This document shows, one piece after another, positions 39,058 through 48,616 of a stretch of 64,000 nt of DNA. The stretch lies in NCBI GenBank assembly GCA_964540205.1, contig CAZIMJ010000163.1:2847-66846 (forward strand), in the 5' to 3' direction. The notes below the pieces were generated by a model. That model was given only the letters and a program-made list of their open reading frames with translations. It was not told the origin of the DNA and did not search any database. Origin of the DNA: an uncultured Eubacteriales bacterium (lineage in GTDB: Bacteria; Acidobacteriota; Aminicenantia; Aminicenantales; Aminicenantaceae). The position numbers and the translations under genes are program-made. How positions within the stretch are numbered: position 1 is the stretch's first letter; every line of letters begins with the position of its first letter.

Positions 39058-40242
39058 ATGGATTACAAAAAAGCAAAGATATATTTTCTGAGCGGCACAG
39101 GAAATTCATACCGCGTGGCTGCATGGTTGTATGAAGCCTGTATCAATAGAGGCATCGTCTCGGAAATTATTCCAATCAATCTCGCCAAGCCAAAAGAAGA
39201 GATCGACGCCACGCCGGAAAACCTTATTGTCCTCGCCTATCCGACACACGGTTTGTTGCCTCCATGGTCTGCAATTAAATTCATCTTCATGATGCCCATT
39301 AAAAGGAGAGCGCATTTCTTCTGTATGCCCACGCGGGGGTGCCTTCGTTTCGGGCCAGTTGTCATTCCGGGAATTGCAGCAGTTGCTTCCATGCTCCCGA
39401 CTTTCATTCTCCCATTCAAAGGATACAACATCCGCGGCTCATTGAGCTTTGACATGCCGGCAAATATGATCTCGCTCCACAGTCGGCTGAGCGATAAAAA
39501 CATCAACCTCATCAAAGCCAGCGCAAAACGAAAAGCAGATCGATATTTTCCGAAACTGCTTTCTGGAAAGTCCATCTGGTTCACTCTGAATAATCTCTGG
39601 GAATATTTCTGGGGAGTGCTTTTGCTTTTATATTTCCCGTTCTTTATTCCGGCTTATCTCTTGATCGGCCGATTTTTTATGGGCCAGATGATGTTTGTCA
39701 ATAACAGTTGTATCGGATGCAGTCTCTGTGCAAAATCCTGCCCGAACAGTGCAATCGTCATGATGGGGGAAAAAAATCCACGCCCCTACTGGAAACACAA
39801 CTGTGAGGATTGTCTGAGGTGCATGAATTATTGCCAGCAAAACGCTATCGAGGTCGGCCATTCCTGGGGGGTGATTCTTTACTTTATCGCAGTTCTGGGC
39901 TATCCCGTAGGTGTATTTATCTTCAATTCTATAGCTAGTGTATTTCCACAGATCGATTTGATCAAGAATTGGTACACAATTTGGATAGTGGGAGCCATTT
40001 ACCTCTATCCTGCGTACATTTTTGCCTATTTCATTTTTTTTCATCTGATCCGCATAAAACCTATAAACACGTTATTCACATTCACAACATTCACACATTT
40101 TTATCGACGTTATCACGAACCGGAAACTCCTTTGAAAGACCTACTGTATAAGAAAGATACACATGTTGGGAAAAACTCTGTCACAGGAAATAGACATGTT
40201 AAAGAATCACAAGCAAAAGAGATATATTTTGAAGATGACTAA
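39058..40242 (+). CDS. Membrane protein with N-terminal flavodoxin-like domain and a 2x[4Fe-4S] ferredoxin domain
   Basis: N-terminus KIYFLSGTGNSYRVAAWL (flavodoxin-like). TM helices. CIGCSLCAKSCP…CEDCLRCMNYCQ. C-terminal TM helices. Confidence 0.5.
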   Translation: MDYKKAKIYFLSGTGNSYRVAAWLYEACINRGIVSEIIPINLAKPKEEIDATPENLIVLAYPTHGLLPPWSAIKFIFMMPIKRRAHFFCMPTRGCLRFGPVVIPGIAAVASMLPTFILPFKGYNIRGSLSFDMPANMISLHSRLSDKNINLIKASAKRKADRYFPKLLSGKSIWFTLNNLWEYFWGVLLLLYFPFFIPAYLLIGRFFMGQMMFVNNSCIGCSLCAKSCPNSAIVMMGEKNPRPYWKHNCEDCLRCMNYCQQNAIEVGHSWGVILYFIAVLGYPVGVFIFNSIASVFPQIDLIKNWYTIWIVGAIYLYPAYIFAYFIFFHLIRIKPINTLFTFTTFTHFYRRYHEPETPLKDLLYKKDTHVGKNSVTGNRHVKESQAKEIYFEDD

Positions 40243-40423
40243 AAAAAAGCCCATTTCATGGCTCGTGATATTTTGGGTTGGGATTTTTGCTTTTGTTGGA
40301 ACCTCCAAGCTAAACAGTCAGCAACTTGAGAAATCATTCGAGCCCCCTCCTCCCAAGTATGAGATTCGCTCCGAACGTAACATTATGGTCCCGATGAGAG
40401 ATGGGGTGAAGTTGGCAAACTAG
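40163..40423 (+). pseudogene. N-terminal remnant of a CocE/NonD (S15 X-Pro dipeptidyl-peptidase-like) hydrolase
   Basis: Signal peptide followed by …KYEIRSERNIMVPMRDGVKLA, then a stop. The VPMRDGVKLA motif is the hallmark N-terminus of the CocE/NonD family. Confidence 0.35.
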
Positions 40424-40545
40424 CCGATATGATCGTCCTCTCCAAGGACCTTTTCAGAATCGATCCCAAAGACATCCCAAAGACTGAGGTCTTAACCACC
40501 ATCGTGGGGGGCAAAATCGTCTACGACAAGTCTACCGCTAATTAA
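40381..40545 (+). pseudogene. C-terminal remnant of an amidohydrolase paralogous to 55874..57592
   Basis: Frame lacks a start codon. It reads …GKLADMIVLSKDLFRIDPKDIPKTEVLTTIVGGKIVYDKSTAN*. The intact paralogue reads …PGKLADITVLSKDIMTVPDEEILDAEVLYTIVGGKVLYQK*. Confidence 0.45.
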
Positions 40546-40689
40546 TGGATGGGGACGGTTCTCATTTTTAGAGGGTACTCCGCTTCCATTGAGGATTTAG
40601 AGTTGCTCAATTGGATTAGTGCTTGCATTTTTTGATCATCTGCTATAGGTTGAATTTTGGCACTTTTCACAACAAAAAGGAGGACCCCA

Positions 40690-42333
40690 GTGAAACCAAG
40701 AACTCTATTTACTTCTACCTTTTTTCTAACAATTCTTTTGGTGATCAATCCGTGGGCCGATGATAACTGCTCAAGCTTCCTTGTGACCAAGGGAGCTTCA
40801 AAAGATGGATCCGTCATGATCACGTACACATGTGACGGGGAGTTCCATCCCCATCTCGAATATATTCCAGCCCAAGACCATGAGCCCGGGGAGACGATCA
40901 AGGTGAGAGGAAGAGACGGCAAGATCAGGGGTGATGTCAAGCAGGTTGCTCACACATACGCTGTCATCGGATTGATAAACGAGCACCAGGTAGCCATCGG
41001 CGAAACAACTTTCGGAGGCCGCAGTGAATTGCGAAATCAGGAAGGCCTTCTTCACTATTTTTTGCTGATGGAACTTGCCCTCCAGCGTGCAAAAACTGCC
41101 CGGGAGGCCATTAAAGTCATGGCTGAACTCGTCGAGGAATACGGGTACGGCAGTACAGGAGAATCCTTTTCTATTGCTGATCCTAACGAAGCATGGATCA
41201 TGGAAATGATTGGCCCGGGTCCAGGTGGAAAAGGAGCACATTGGGTGGCGTTACGTATTCCGGACGGATACATCTGCGCCCATGCCAACATGTCGCGCAT
41301 CGGTGAGTTTCCGATTGATGATACTGACAACTGCTTGTATTCCACGAATGTCATATCCTTTGCTGAGCAAAAGGGGTATTATGACAAAAAATCCGGGAAA
41401 TCCTTCAGCTTCCGTTATGCCTATGATCCTCCAAAACCTTCGTCACTCAGGACCTGTGCAGCTCGTGTGTGGAGTATGTTTCGCCGCTGCGCACCCTCGA
41501 TGAACCTGTCGCCGGATTTCCAGCGCGGAGTAGAAGGGACCAAGCCGTATCCATTGTGGATCAAACCAGATAAGAAATTGGCCCTGCAGGATGTGATGCG
41601 TGTGATGCGTGACCATTACGAAGGGACTCCATTCGATATGACAAAGGGTGTGGATGCCGGGCCATTCGGAAGCCCTTTGAGATGTCGAGGATTAACATGG
41701 GAAGTGGATGGTACCCAGTACAGCTGGGAAAGGCCCATTTCAACTCAGCAGACGGCCTTTTCCTTTATATCTCAGTCTCGGGATTGGCTTCCTGATCCGA
41801 TCGGGGGCGTGTACTGGTACGGCTTGGACGACACATTCACCAGTTGCTACGTCCCTCTATACTGCTGTATCGATTCACTACCGAAGTCATTTACTGTGGG
41901 AAATATCCAAAAATTTACATGGGATTCTGCTTGGTGGATTTTCAATTTCGTGGCGAACTTCGCTAATCTCCGATACAAAGACATGGTCCAGGATATCCTC
42001 AAGGTCCAAACAGTGCTTGAGGGGCAATTACTGGAATTGCAACCTGTGATCGAAAAGACGGCTATCGAGTTATTGGATAAAGACCCGGAGCTGATGGTGC
42101 GCTTTCTCACAAATTACTCAGTCAGTCAAGGGGATATGGTCGTCAAGCGCTGGATCGAATTAGGAGAACATCTCATCTGCAAGTACAACGACGGTTACGT
42201 CAAGGATGAAAACGGCAGGGCTCAAGGTGTTGGGTACCCTTCCGAGTGGTTAAAGACCGTCCTCAAAACCAAGCCTGAACAATTTAAGCTTCCCACCTGG
42301 GGAGAGGATAAAAAAGACGGCCGGCTGCACTAA
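40690..42333 (+). CDS. Peptidase C69-family dipeptidase (Ntn-hydrolase, N-terminal Cys nucleophile), secreted
   Basis: RBS aaggagga followed by GTG at 40690. Signal peptide, then NCSSFLVTKGASKDGSVMITY, which matches C69 CTTILVGKxASxDGS. Confidence 0.65.
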   Translation: MKPRTLFTSTFFLTILLVINPWADDNCSSFLVTKGASKDGSVMITYTCDGEFHPHLEYIPAQDHEPGETIKVRGRDGKIRGDVKQVAHTYAVIGLINEHQVAIGETTFGGRSELRNQEGLLHYFLLMELALQRAKTAREAIKVMAELVEEYGYGSTGESFSIADPNEAWIMEMIGPGPGGKGAHWVALRIPDGYICAHANMSRIGEFPIDDTDNCLYSTNVISFAEQKGYYDKKSGKSFSFRYAYDPPKPSSLRTCAARVWSMFRRCAPSMNLSPDFQRGVEGTKPYPLWIKPDKKLALQDVMRVMRDHYEGTPFDMTKGVDAGPFGSPLRCRGLTWEVDGTQYSWERPISTQQTAFSFISQSRDWLPDPIGGVYWYGLDDTFTSCYVPLYCCIDSLPKSFTVGNIQKFTWDSAWWIFNFVANFANLRYKDMVQDILKVQTVLEGQLLELQPVIEKTAIELLDKDPELMVRFLTNYSVSQGDMVVKRWIELGEHLICKYNDGYVKDENGRAQGVGYPSEWLKTVLKTKPEQFKLPTWGEDKKDGRLH

Positions 42334-42978
42334 CCTTTAGGAAAGCCGGTCGCCTATAGCTTCATGGAAGGAACTAATAGTTTTTTAGCTCACAAGCGTT
42401 CTTGTGATTTTCGCCACTAAGTTGGCGGTAGGATCCGGGCAGCGGACATATTCTGTCGTGACACCATCCCGGTCGATCACTTTTGCATATGGGGTGTCTT
42501 CATACTTCCACGGCAGCGTGACACCATTTTCTAAGAGACGTATAAAATCATGCATACTAGCTAAGAGCCAAGGACAGATCTTCCCCATATCTTTTGGGTA
42601 TTCAAACTTATTGGGAAACGATCCCTACATCAGTTAGGACCTATCCCCAATATTTCATTCAAGGTCCAGAAATGTGTATTTTGTTAGACTCCTCTCATAT
42701 TTTACCTCTTCTCTGCTTATAATTTCTTGGAATCGCGGCTCATGGAGCAGAGCATCATATAAAGACAGATTCATAAGGCTCAAATACGAATAGAATCCGA
42801 CATATTCACCTTTTTCACTTTGCGTATATTCATCAATGTAGTCCAGCGCTTTCTCTACGTCAAAAAAAAATCTTTAATAACGTTCGAAATTGTTGCAAAA
42901 TATTGAGACAATGAAAAAAGGGATCTCCAAAAACTTCCCTTTATTTCCTAATATTTTGCGATAAAAAGGAGGAAGACA

Positions 42979-45900
42979 GTGAGAAAAATCAGTCTATGGC
43001 TTTGCGTAGTAATGCTCATTCTATCTTTGACTGCTTGGGGCGAGGATGCTGAAAAGGAAAAGTCCACTCTAATGAATGCAGAGACTTTCTCAGGGCTGAA
43101 GCTCAGAAATATCGGTCCAGCGCTGATGTCGGGTCGGATCAGTGATATTGCTATTCATCCAGAGGATCAGAGTATCTGGTATTTGGCCGTGGGTTCGGGG
43201 AATGTTTGGAAAACAGTGAATGCAGGAACAACCTGGACAACGATTTTTGATGAACAGCCATCCTATTCCATAGGATGTGTCACTATCGATCCCAACAATC
43301 CGGACATCATCTGGATTGGAACCGGGGAAAACGTCAGCGGCCGTCACGTCGGTTGGGGGGATGGCGTTTATAAAAGCTTGAATGGCGGAAAGACCTGGTC
43401 GAACATGGGGCTTAAAGAGTCCGAACACATCTCTAAGATCCTGGTGAATCCCTGCGATTCCAACATTGTGTATGTGGGAGCAGAGGGACCACTCTGGTCT
43501 GCAGGGGGAGAACGAGGGCTCTACAAGAGCGAAGACAGGGGAAAAACCTGGAATATTTCCCTCGAGATCAGTAAGGACACGGGTGTGACGGATGTGGAGA
43601 TGGACCCGACAGATTCAAATATTCTATACGCCGCTGCCTATCAGAGGCGGAGGAGTGTGTCCTCCTTTATGGGAGGAGGATCTGAGTCCGGCATTTACAA
43701 AAGTGACGATGCCGGGAAAACATGGCGGAAGCTGGCTGTAGGACTTCCCGAAGGAGACATGGGGAAAATCGGGCTTGCTATCTCTCCTATCAAACCTAAC
43801 GTGGTTTACGCAACTATCGAGGCAGATCGGGATCAGAAAGGATTCTACCGATCCACAAACCGGGGTGAGAGTTGGGAAAAACGCAGCAGCTACACGAGCG
43901 GCGGCACCGGCCCCCACTATTATCAAGAGATCTACGCAAGTCCTCACCAGTTCGACCGTGTGTACCAGATGGATGTGTGGATGCAAGTGTCCAACGATGG
44001 AGGAAAAACTTTTAATCCCGTTGGAGAGACGCACAAACACTCGGATAATCACGCTTTGGCCTTTGACTCTAAAGATCCGAACTATCTCCTCTCTGGATGT
44101 GACGGCGGCTTATATGAGACCTATGACCATGGAAAGACCTGGAAGTTTTTCGCAAATCTTCCGCTGACCCAGTATTACAAGATGAGTCTAGATAATGAAC
44201 GTCCCTTTTACAATGTCCATGGGGGGACTCAAGATAACTCGAGCCAATTAGGACCTTCGCGGACGATGAGCATAAACGGGATCCTCAACAGCGACTGGAT
44301 CATCACGACCGGGGCTGACGGTTATGCCTGTGCCATCGATCCTGAAGATCCAAACATCATCTATGCCGAATGGCAGAACGGCAGTCTGAACCGTTACGAC
44401 AAACGAAGCGGCGAACTGGTGGACATCAAACCTCAGCCGGAGAAGGGAGAAGATCCCCCACGCTGGAATTGGGACACCCCCATCATCATTAGCCCGCATT
44501 CCAACACACGGCTGTACTATGCTTCACAACGCGTCTTCAGAAGCGACGACCGCGGCGATTCCTGGACGGCGATCAGCCCAGACCTCACCCGCAACATATT
44601 CCGGCTTGAGCAAAAGATCATGGGCAAATCCTGGAGTGTGGATGCCCTTTGGGATCTCGGGGCTATGTCCGTATACAGCACAATCACTTCGATATCAGAA
44701 TCCCCCCTCCAGGAAGGGCTGATCTATGTGGGCACCGACGACGGATTGATCCAAGTCACAGAAGATGGCGGTTTGACCTGGCGAAAAGTCGATAAGATCC
44801 CCGGCGTTCCCGATCGCTATTTTGTCAATGAGATCAGGGCTTCCAAACACGACAAAGACACCGTCTATGCCGATCTGGATAATCACAAGACCGGAGATTT
44901 AAAACCCTATCTTTTGAAAAGTGCAGACCGCGGCCGAACCTGGAAATCCATTGTTGGTGATTTGCCTGAAAAGACGATCGTCTGGGCTATCACTCAGGAT
45001 CATGAGAAAGCAGATCTTCTATTTATCGGCACAGAATTCGGCATCTATTTCACACCGGATGAGGGAAAACACTGGGTAAAGCTTTCTGGGAATGTGCCGA
45101 CGATCTCCTTCAGGGATCTCGAAACCCAAGAAAGAGAGAGCGATCTGGTCGGTGCGTCTTTCGGCCGGGGCTTTTACATCTTAGATGACTATTCACCACT
45201 GAGACATGCAAGTGAAGAGACCCTGAAGCAGGAATGTGTGCTTTTCCCTGTGAAAAAGGCCTCGATGTACATTGAAAGACGACCGCTGGATTTGAAAGGG
45301 AAAGCTTTCCTGGGTGATGGCATTTACCTGGCACCAAATCCACCCTTCGGAGCAGTATTCACCTATTACTTGAAAGAATCACTGAAAACCCGTGCAGTGG
45401 AAAGACGAGACACAGAGAAAAAAGCTGAAAAAGCGGGACTGCAAGTAAAATTTCCCGGCTGGGAAGCCTTGAGAAAGGAAGAGAGGGAGGAAAAACCGGC
45501 CATAATTATCATAGTGAAGGATGCGGACGGCCAGGTTGTACGCCAGCTCACAGGACCAACCACAAAAGGAATAAACAGAGTGGCTTGGAATCTGCGATAT
45601 CCCACAGTGAATCCAACAGAACTCGAAAGCCAACAGAGGAACGCCTGGGATGAACCTCCTGAAGGGGCGTTGGTTATACCTGGAATGTTCACTGTCTCGA
45701 TCGCCAAACGTGTTGATGGAGTGTTAATCCAACTCGGCGAACCTCAGACATTCACAGTGGAATCTCTAGAATTGGCCACTCTTGCGACAAAAGACAAGAA
45801 CGAACTACTGGCATTTCAGAAAAAAGCTGGAGAGCTCCAGCGAGCCATCATGGTAGCCGGTGCGGCAGTGGGAGAGGCCATGAGGGAGATCCAGTTCATC

Positions 45901-46260
45901 AAGAAAGCATTGCTGGATACACCTAAAGCTGACCCCGCACTCGCAGACCAAGCCCGTATGATTGAGCAGCGTCTTCAAGAATTCCAGGTTGACCTGTATG
46001 GAGATATGACAGCAAGGCGAAGATCAGAGCCTACATCACCATCCATTATGAGACGGGTGAGCGCCCAATTGTCCACGACATGTCCTATCACAGAAACGAA
46101 CAAACACAATTATGAGATCGCTGCTGACGATTTTGAGAAACTGCTGGAGGAGATGCGTCAAGTGATTGAGGTCGACTTGAAGAAGTTTAAAGACTCTGTG
46201 GAAGCCGCAGGAGCACCCTGGACTCCCGGCCGCAGCCTCCCCAAGTGGAAAAAGAAATAA
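42979..46260 (+). CDS. BNR/Asp-box repeat protein (sortilin/VPS10-like multi-propeller), secreted
   Basis: 1093 aa with a signal peptide. At least nine S-x-D-x-G-x-T-W repeats (SEDRGKTW, SDDAGKTW, SNDGGKTF, TYDHGKTW, SDDRGDSW, TEDGGLTW, SADRGRTW…). Confidence 0.75.
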   Translation: MRKISLWLCVVMLILSLTAWGEDAEKEKSTLMNAETFSGLKLRNIGPALMSGRISDIAIHPEDQSIWYLAVGSGNVWKTVNAGTTWTTIFDEQPSYSIGCVTIDPNNPDIIWIGTGENVSGRHVGWGDGVYKSLNGGKTWSNMGLKESEHISKILVNPCDSNIVYVGAEGPLWSAGGERGLYKSEDRGKTWNISLEISKDTGVTDVEMDPTDSNILYAAAYQRRRSVSSFMGGGSESGIYKSDDAGKTWRKLAVGLPEGDMGKIGLAISPIKPNVVYATIEADRDQKGFYRSTNRGESWEKRSSYTSGGTGPHYYQEIYASPHQFDRVYQMDVWMQVSNDGGKTFNPVGETHKHSDNHALAFDSKDPNYLLSGCDGGLYETYDHGKTWKFFANLPLTQYYKMSLDNERPFYNVHGGTQDNSSQLGPSRTMSINGILNSDWIITTGADGYACAIDPEDPNIIYAEWQNGSLNRYDKRSGELVDIKPQPEKGEDPPRWNWDTPIIISPHSNTRLYYASQRVFRSDDRGDSWTAISPDLTRNIFRLEQKIMGKSWSVDALWDLGAMSVYSTITSISESPLQEGLIYVGTDDGLIQVTEDGGLTWRKVDKIPGVPDRYFVNEIRASKHDKDTVYADLDNHKTGDLKPYLLKSADRGRTWKSIVGDLPEKTIVWAITQDHEKADLLFIGTEFGIYFTPDEGKHWVKLSGNVPTISFRDLETQERESDLVGASFGRGFYILDDYSPLRHASEETLKQECVLFPVKKASMYIERRPLDLKGKAFLGDGIYLAPNPPFGAVFTYYLKESLKTRAVERRDTEKKAEKAGLQVKFPGWEALRKEEREEKPAIIIIVKDADGQVVRQLTGPTTKGINRVAWNLRYPTVNPTELESQQRNAWDEPPEGALVIPGMFTVSIAKRVDGVLIQLGEPQTFTVESLELATLATKDKNELLAFQKKAGELQRAIMVAGAAVGEAMREIQFIKKALLDTPKADPALADQARMIEQRLQEFQVDLYGDMTARRRSEPTSPSIMRRVSAQLSTTCPITETNKHNYEIAADDFEKLLEEMRQVIEVDLKKFKDSVEAAGAPWTPGRSLPKWKKK

Positions 46261-46397
46261 TAGTCTAATCTTCAAGAATCTTATTCAGCACGTTTTCCGT
46301 GCGATTGGGAACGTCTTCTGGGAGGTAAGGGGAGTGTAAATTCTCAAAATGTGACCATTGGCCTGATATCAATATTGCGAAGAGTGCAGTTGGATAA

Positions 46398-46658
46398 TTG
46401 ACCGGCTGTGCACACTTTGATATAAGTGATAAAGAATCTGGAATTAAAGGAATGCCAATGGAAGATCAAAAGAAAAACGTCAGACGGCCTGTTTGGGGCC
46501 CGCGCATTTTCCTGTTTGGTGCGTTATTGTTTGTGGCGTATTTGATACTCGTCTATGGATTCAAAATCACTGCGGGAACACTTTACGACATCCTACGTTA
46601 TGGGGGTATCGGACTCGCTATCCTCGGCTGGATCCTCTGGAGAATTCTAAAACGATAA
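46398..46658 (+). CDS. Small hypothetical membrane protein
   Basis: 86 aa with two predicted TM helices. Confidence 0.3.
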   Translation: MTGCAHFDISDKESGIKGMPMEDQKKNVRRPVWGPRIFLFGALLFVAYLILVYGFKITAGTLYDILRYGGIGLAILGWILWRILKR

Positions 46659-46666
46659 ACCGAGGA

Positions 46667-47326
46667 TTATGGCCTGTAGATAAAAATCGTGTGTTCTTTA
46701 CCGAATTCGTCTTTTAGGGATTCGACGCAGACTTCTTTGTCGCCCCATCCAGCCATATGATAGTTGTGAGTGACAACGCACGCACCAGGTTTGAGCTGTT
46801 TTTCCAATATGGGACGGAGAAGGTCATTGGATTCTGGCAACAAATAGAGGGCGACTACTGTCGCCTCTGAAATGTCAGCTTTTGTGGCGTCTTCTAAATG
46901 AAATTCTACAAGAGAATCGACACCTGCCTTCCGGGCATTGGACTGGGATTTTTTTACCCAGCGCGGGAAGATATCCAGACCGACACCGTGAGCACCGTAT
47001 TTTTCTGCCGCAGCTATCACGATGCGGCCATCGCCACAACCGAGATCGTAGACGATGTCGTTCTTGTCCACTTCAGCCAGCTCAAGCATCTTCTCAACAA
47101 CACACATGGGTGTAGGTAGAAAAGGCGCCAGTTTCACAGTGTCTGCTGGATCCAGCTCTGCAGAATTCTCCCCGAGGGAAACACCTTGCGTGTCTCGATC
47201 AACGCGATAAACCGGATTTCCATCCTGATTTATTGATTCCCCAGTCAGCAAGAGAACAGCAGCACCTATCCCAACCAGTACAATCACCATTACAATTTCA
47301 ATTGTTCTTTTCACAGTATCACTCAT
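46667..47326 (-). CDS. Class I SAM-dependent methyltransferase with N-terminal membrane anchor
   Basis: Motif I YDLGCGDGRIV. N-terminal TM segment. Confidence 0.6.
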   Translation of the reverse strand: MSDTVKRTIEIVMVIVLVGIGAAVLLLTGESINQDGNPVYRVDRDTQGVSLGENSAELDPADTVKLAPFLPTPMCVVEKMLELAEVDKNDIVYDLGCGDGRIVIAAAEKYGAHGVGLDIFPRWVKKSQSNARKAGVDSLVEFHLEDATKADISEATVVALYLLPESNDLLRPILEKQLKPGACVVTHNYHMAGWGDKEVCVESLKDEFGKEHTIFIYRP

Positions 47327-47506
47327 TTACACAAATATTGATGCTTTAGCATTCTATTCTATTTACTTTTTTTGTAACACAGTTAATAAACGGCACATTC
47401 TACCACATCCAGCTTGAAAATCAATATTTTTTCCTTTTCTGAGATGAGAGCATGTCACAGAAAGACAAAATCATAGATACTCTGCGGGCAGCCCGCCGAG
47501 CCGATT

Positions 47507-47564
47507 AAAAAAATGGGACTGTCCCCTTTTTTTGTACGGTCCTTTCTCCGAAAGGACCGTAAAG
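47507..47564 (-). terminator. Intrinsic terminator (gggac/gtccc with A/T runs) followed by REP-like palindrome copy
   Basis: The terminator is aaaaaaatgggactgtccccttttttt. It is followed by gtacggtcctttctccgaaaggaccgtaaag, which has a 10-bp perfect stem. Confidence 0.7.
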
Positions 47565-47572
47565 AATCCTGT

Positions 47573-47971
47573 CTAAGGTTTCGGCATGAGGATGGCGCCG
47601 CCTGGGTACATTTCCACTGCGCGGAATCCCATCCTTTCCAGTTCTCCACAGAGTTCGATGCCGCGCACCGTGAGCCCTCTCATCGGACCCAGTGTTATCG
47701 GGAAAAAAGGGATCTTTCTTCTCCGCAATTCCAGGTCACAGACCCGATAATGTTCGCCGTTTCTATCTTCAATGGACTTTCTGCCGGGAGGGAGGTTTAA
47801 TGGTGCATCGATAGTAATGAGGTCTGGTTTTTCCTTCTCGGCGCACTCCAAAATATCAGCATCGGAATACGCTAGAAAAGTCTTTACCCTCAAGCCTCGA
47901 AGTACGCACATCCCCGTGGGACGATGCGGCACTCCCGCCAAATCAACGCCGAGAACACAGAATTCATTCAT
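47573..47971 (-). CDS. Hypothetical protein, RNase-H-like/DUF429-like N-terminal region (possibly truncated)
   Basis: 132 aa (VLGVDLAG…ITIDAPL). Resembles only the N-terminal half of the family. Confidence 0.3.
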   Translation of the reverse strand: MNEFCVLGVDLAGVPHRPTGMCVLRGLRVKTFLAYSDADILECAEKEKPDLITIDAPLNLPPGRKSIEDRNGEHYRVCDLELRRRKIPFFPITLGPMRGLTVRGIELCGELERMGFRAVEMYPGGAILMPKP

Positions 47972-48586
47972 TTAAAAATCGAAGGAATAGCCGATCCCGG
48001 CAAGGAATCGAATGCCTCCGAGGTTAACCTCTGTATCAAATGGCCTGACTACGAGCGGGACGGATTTCACCTCTGCTGATATGTATAATCTGTCAAACAC
48101 CCTCAGGTTGATCCCACCTGCAATAAAAGTAGTCCATTTGCTGTCATCGACTATTAAACGCGTAAAATCACTATCAATGTCCTGCTTATAGGTATAATAG
48201 CCCATACCTAATTTGACATATCCAACGAACGTGTGAAGCGGAAGGAACAGAATTCCCGAAAATTCCAGGCCCGTGACCGAAAGCGTGCTGTCCTCGTCAT
48301 AAAGGCCGACCTTTCCGCTTTCTTTGTAACCACCCTCATAGGCGATCTCAATACCTATGTTTCTGAAGGGGATCAGCCTCAAATAGGGGACGTAGACGTA
48401 ACCATCGCCATATGTCTCTTTTAAAATCTCATCCTGAACTTGGCGGAGTCCATAATTGAGACCTATCCCCACTTGAATGGCCTGGCTTGTTTGAACAACA
48501 CATCCAATCAAAACAAGAAATATAATCCCGTTTATCAATCTTTTTCGCATGAGCGATTCCTTTCTTCCGTTACTCCTAAATTTCAT
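47972..48586 (-). CDS. Outer-membrane beta-barrel protein (OmpW/porin-like small barrel)
   Basis: Signal peptide with alternating hydrophobic beta-strand pattern. C-terminal …GYSFDF. Confidence 0.5.
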   Translation of the reverse strand: MKFRSNGRKESLMRKRLINGIIFLVLIGCVVQTSQAIQVGIGLNYGLRQVQDEILKETYGDGYVYVPYLRLIPFRNIGIEIAYEGGYKESGKVGLYDEDSTLSVTGLEFSGILFLPLHTFVGYVKLGMGYYTYKQDIDSDFTRLIVDDSKWTTFIAGGINLRVFDRLYISAEVKSVPLVVRPFDTEVNLGGIRFLAGIGYSFDF

Positions 48587-48616
48587 GCAATTATCATTCT
48601 GTAAAATGAATTTGAA

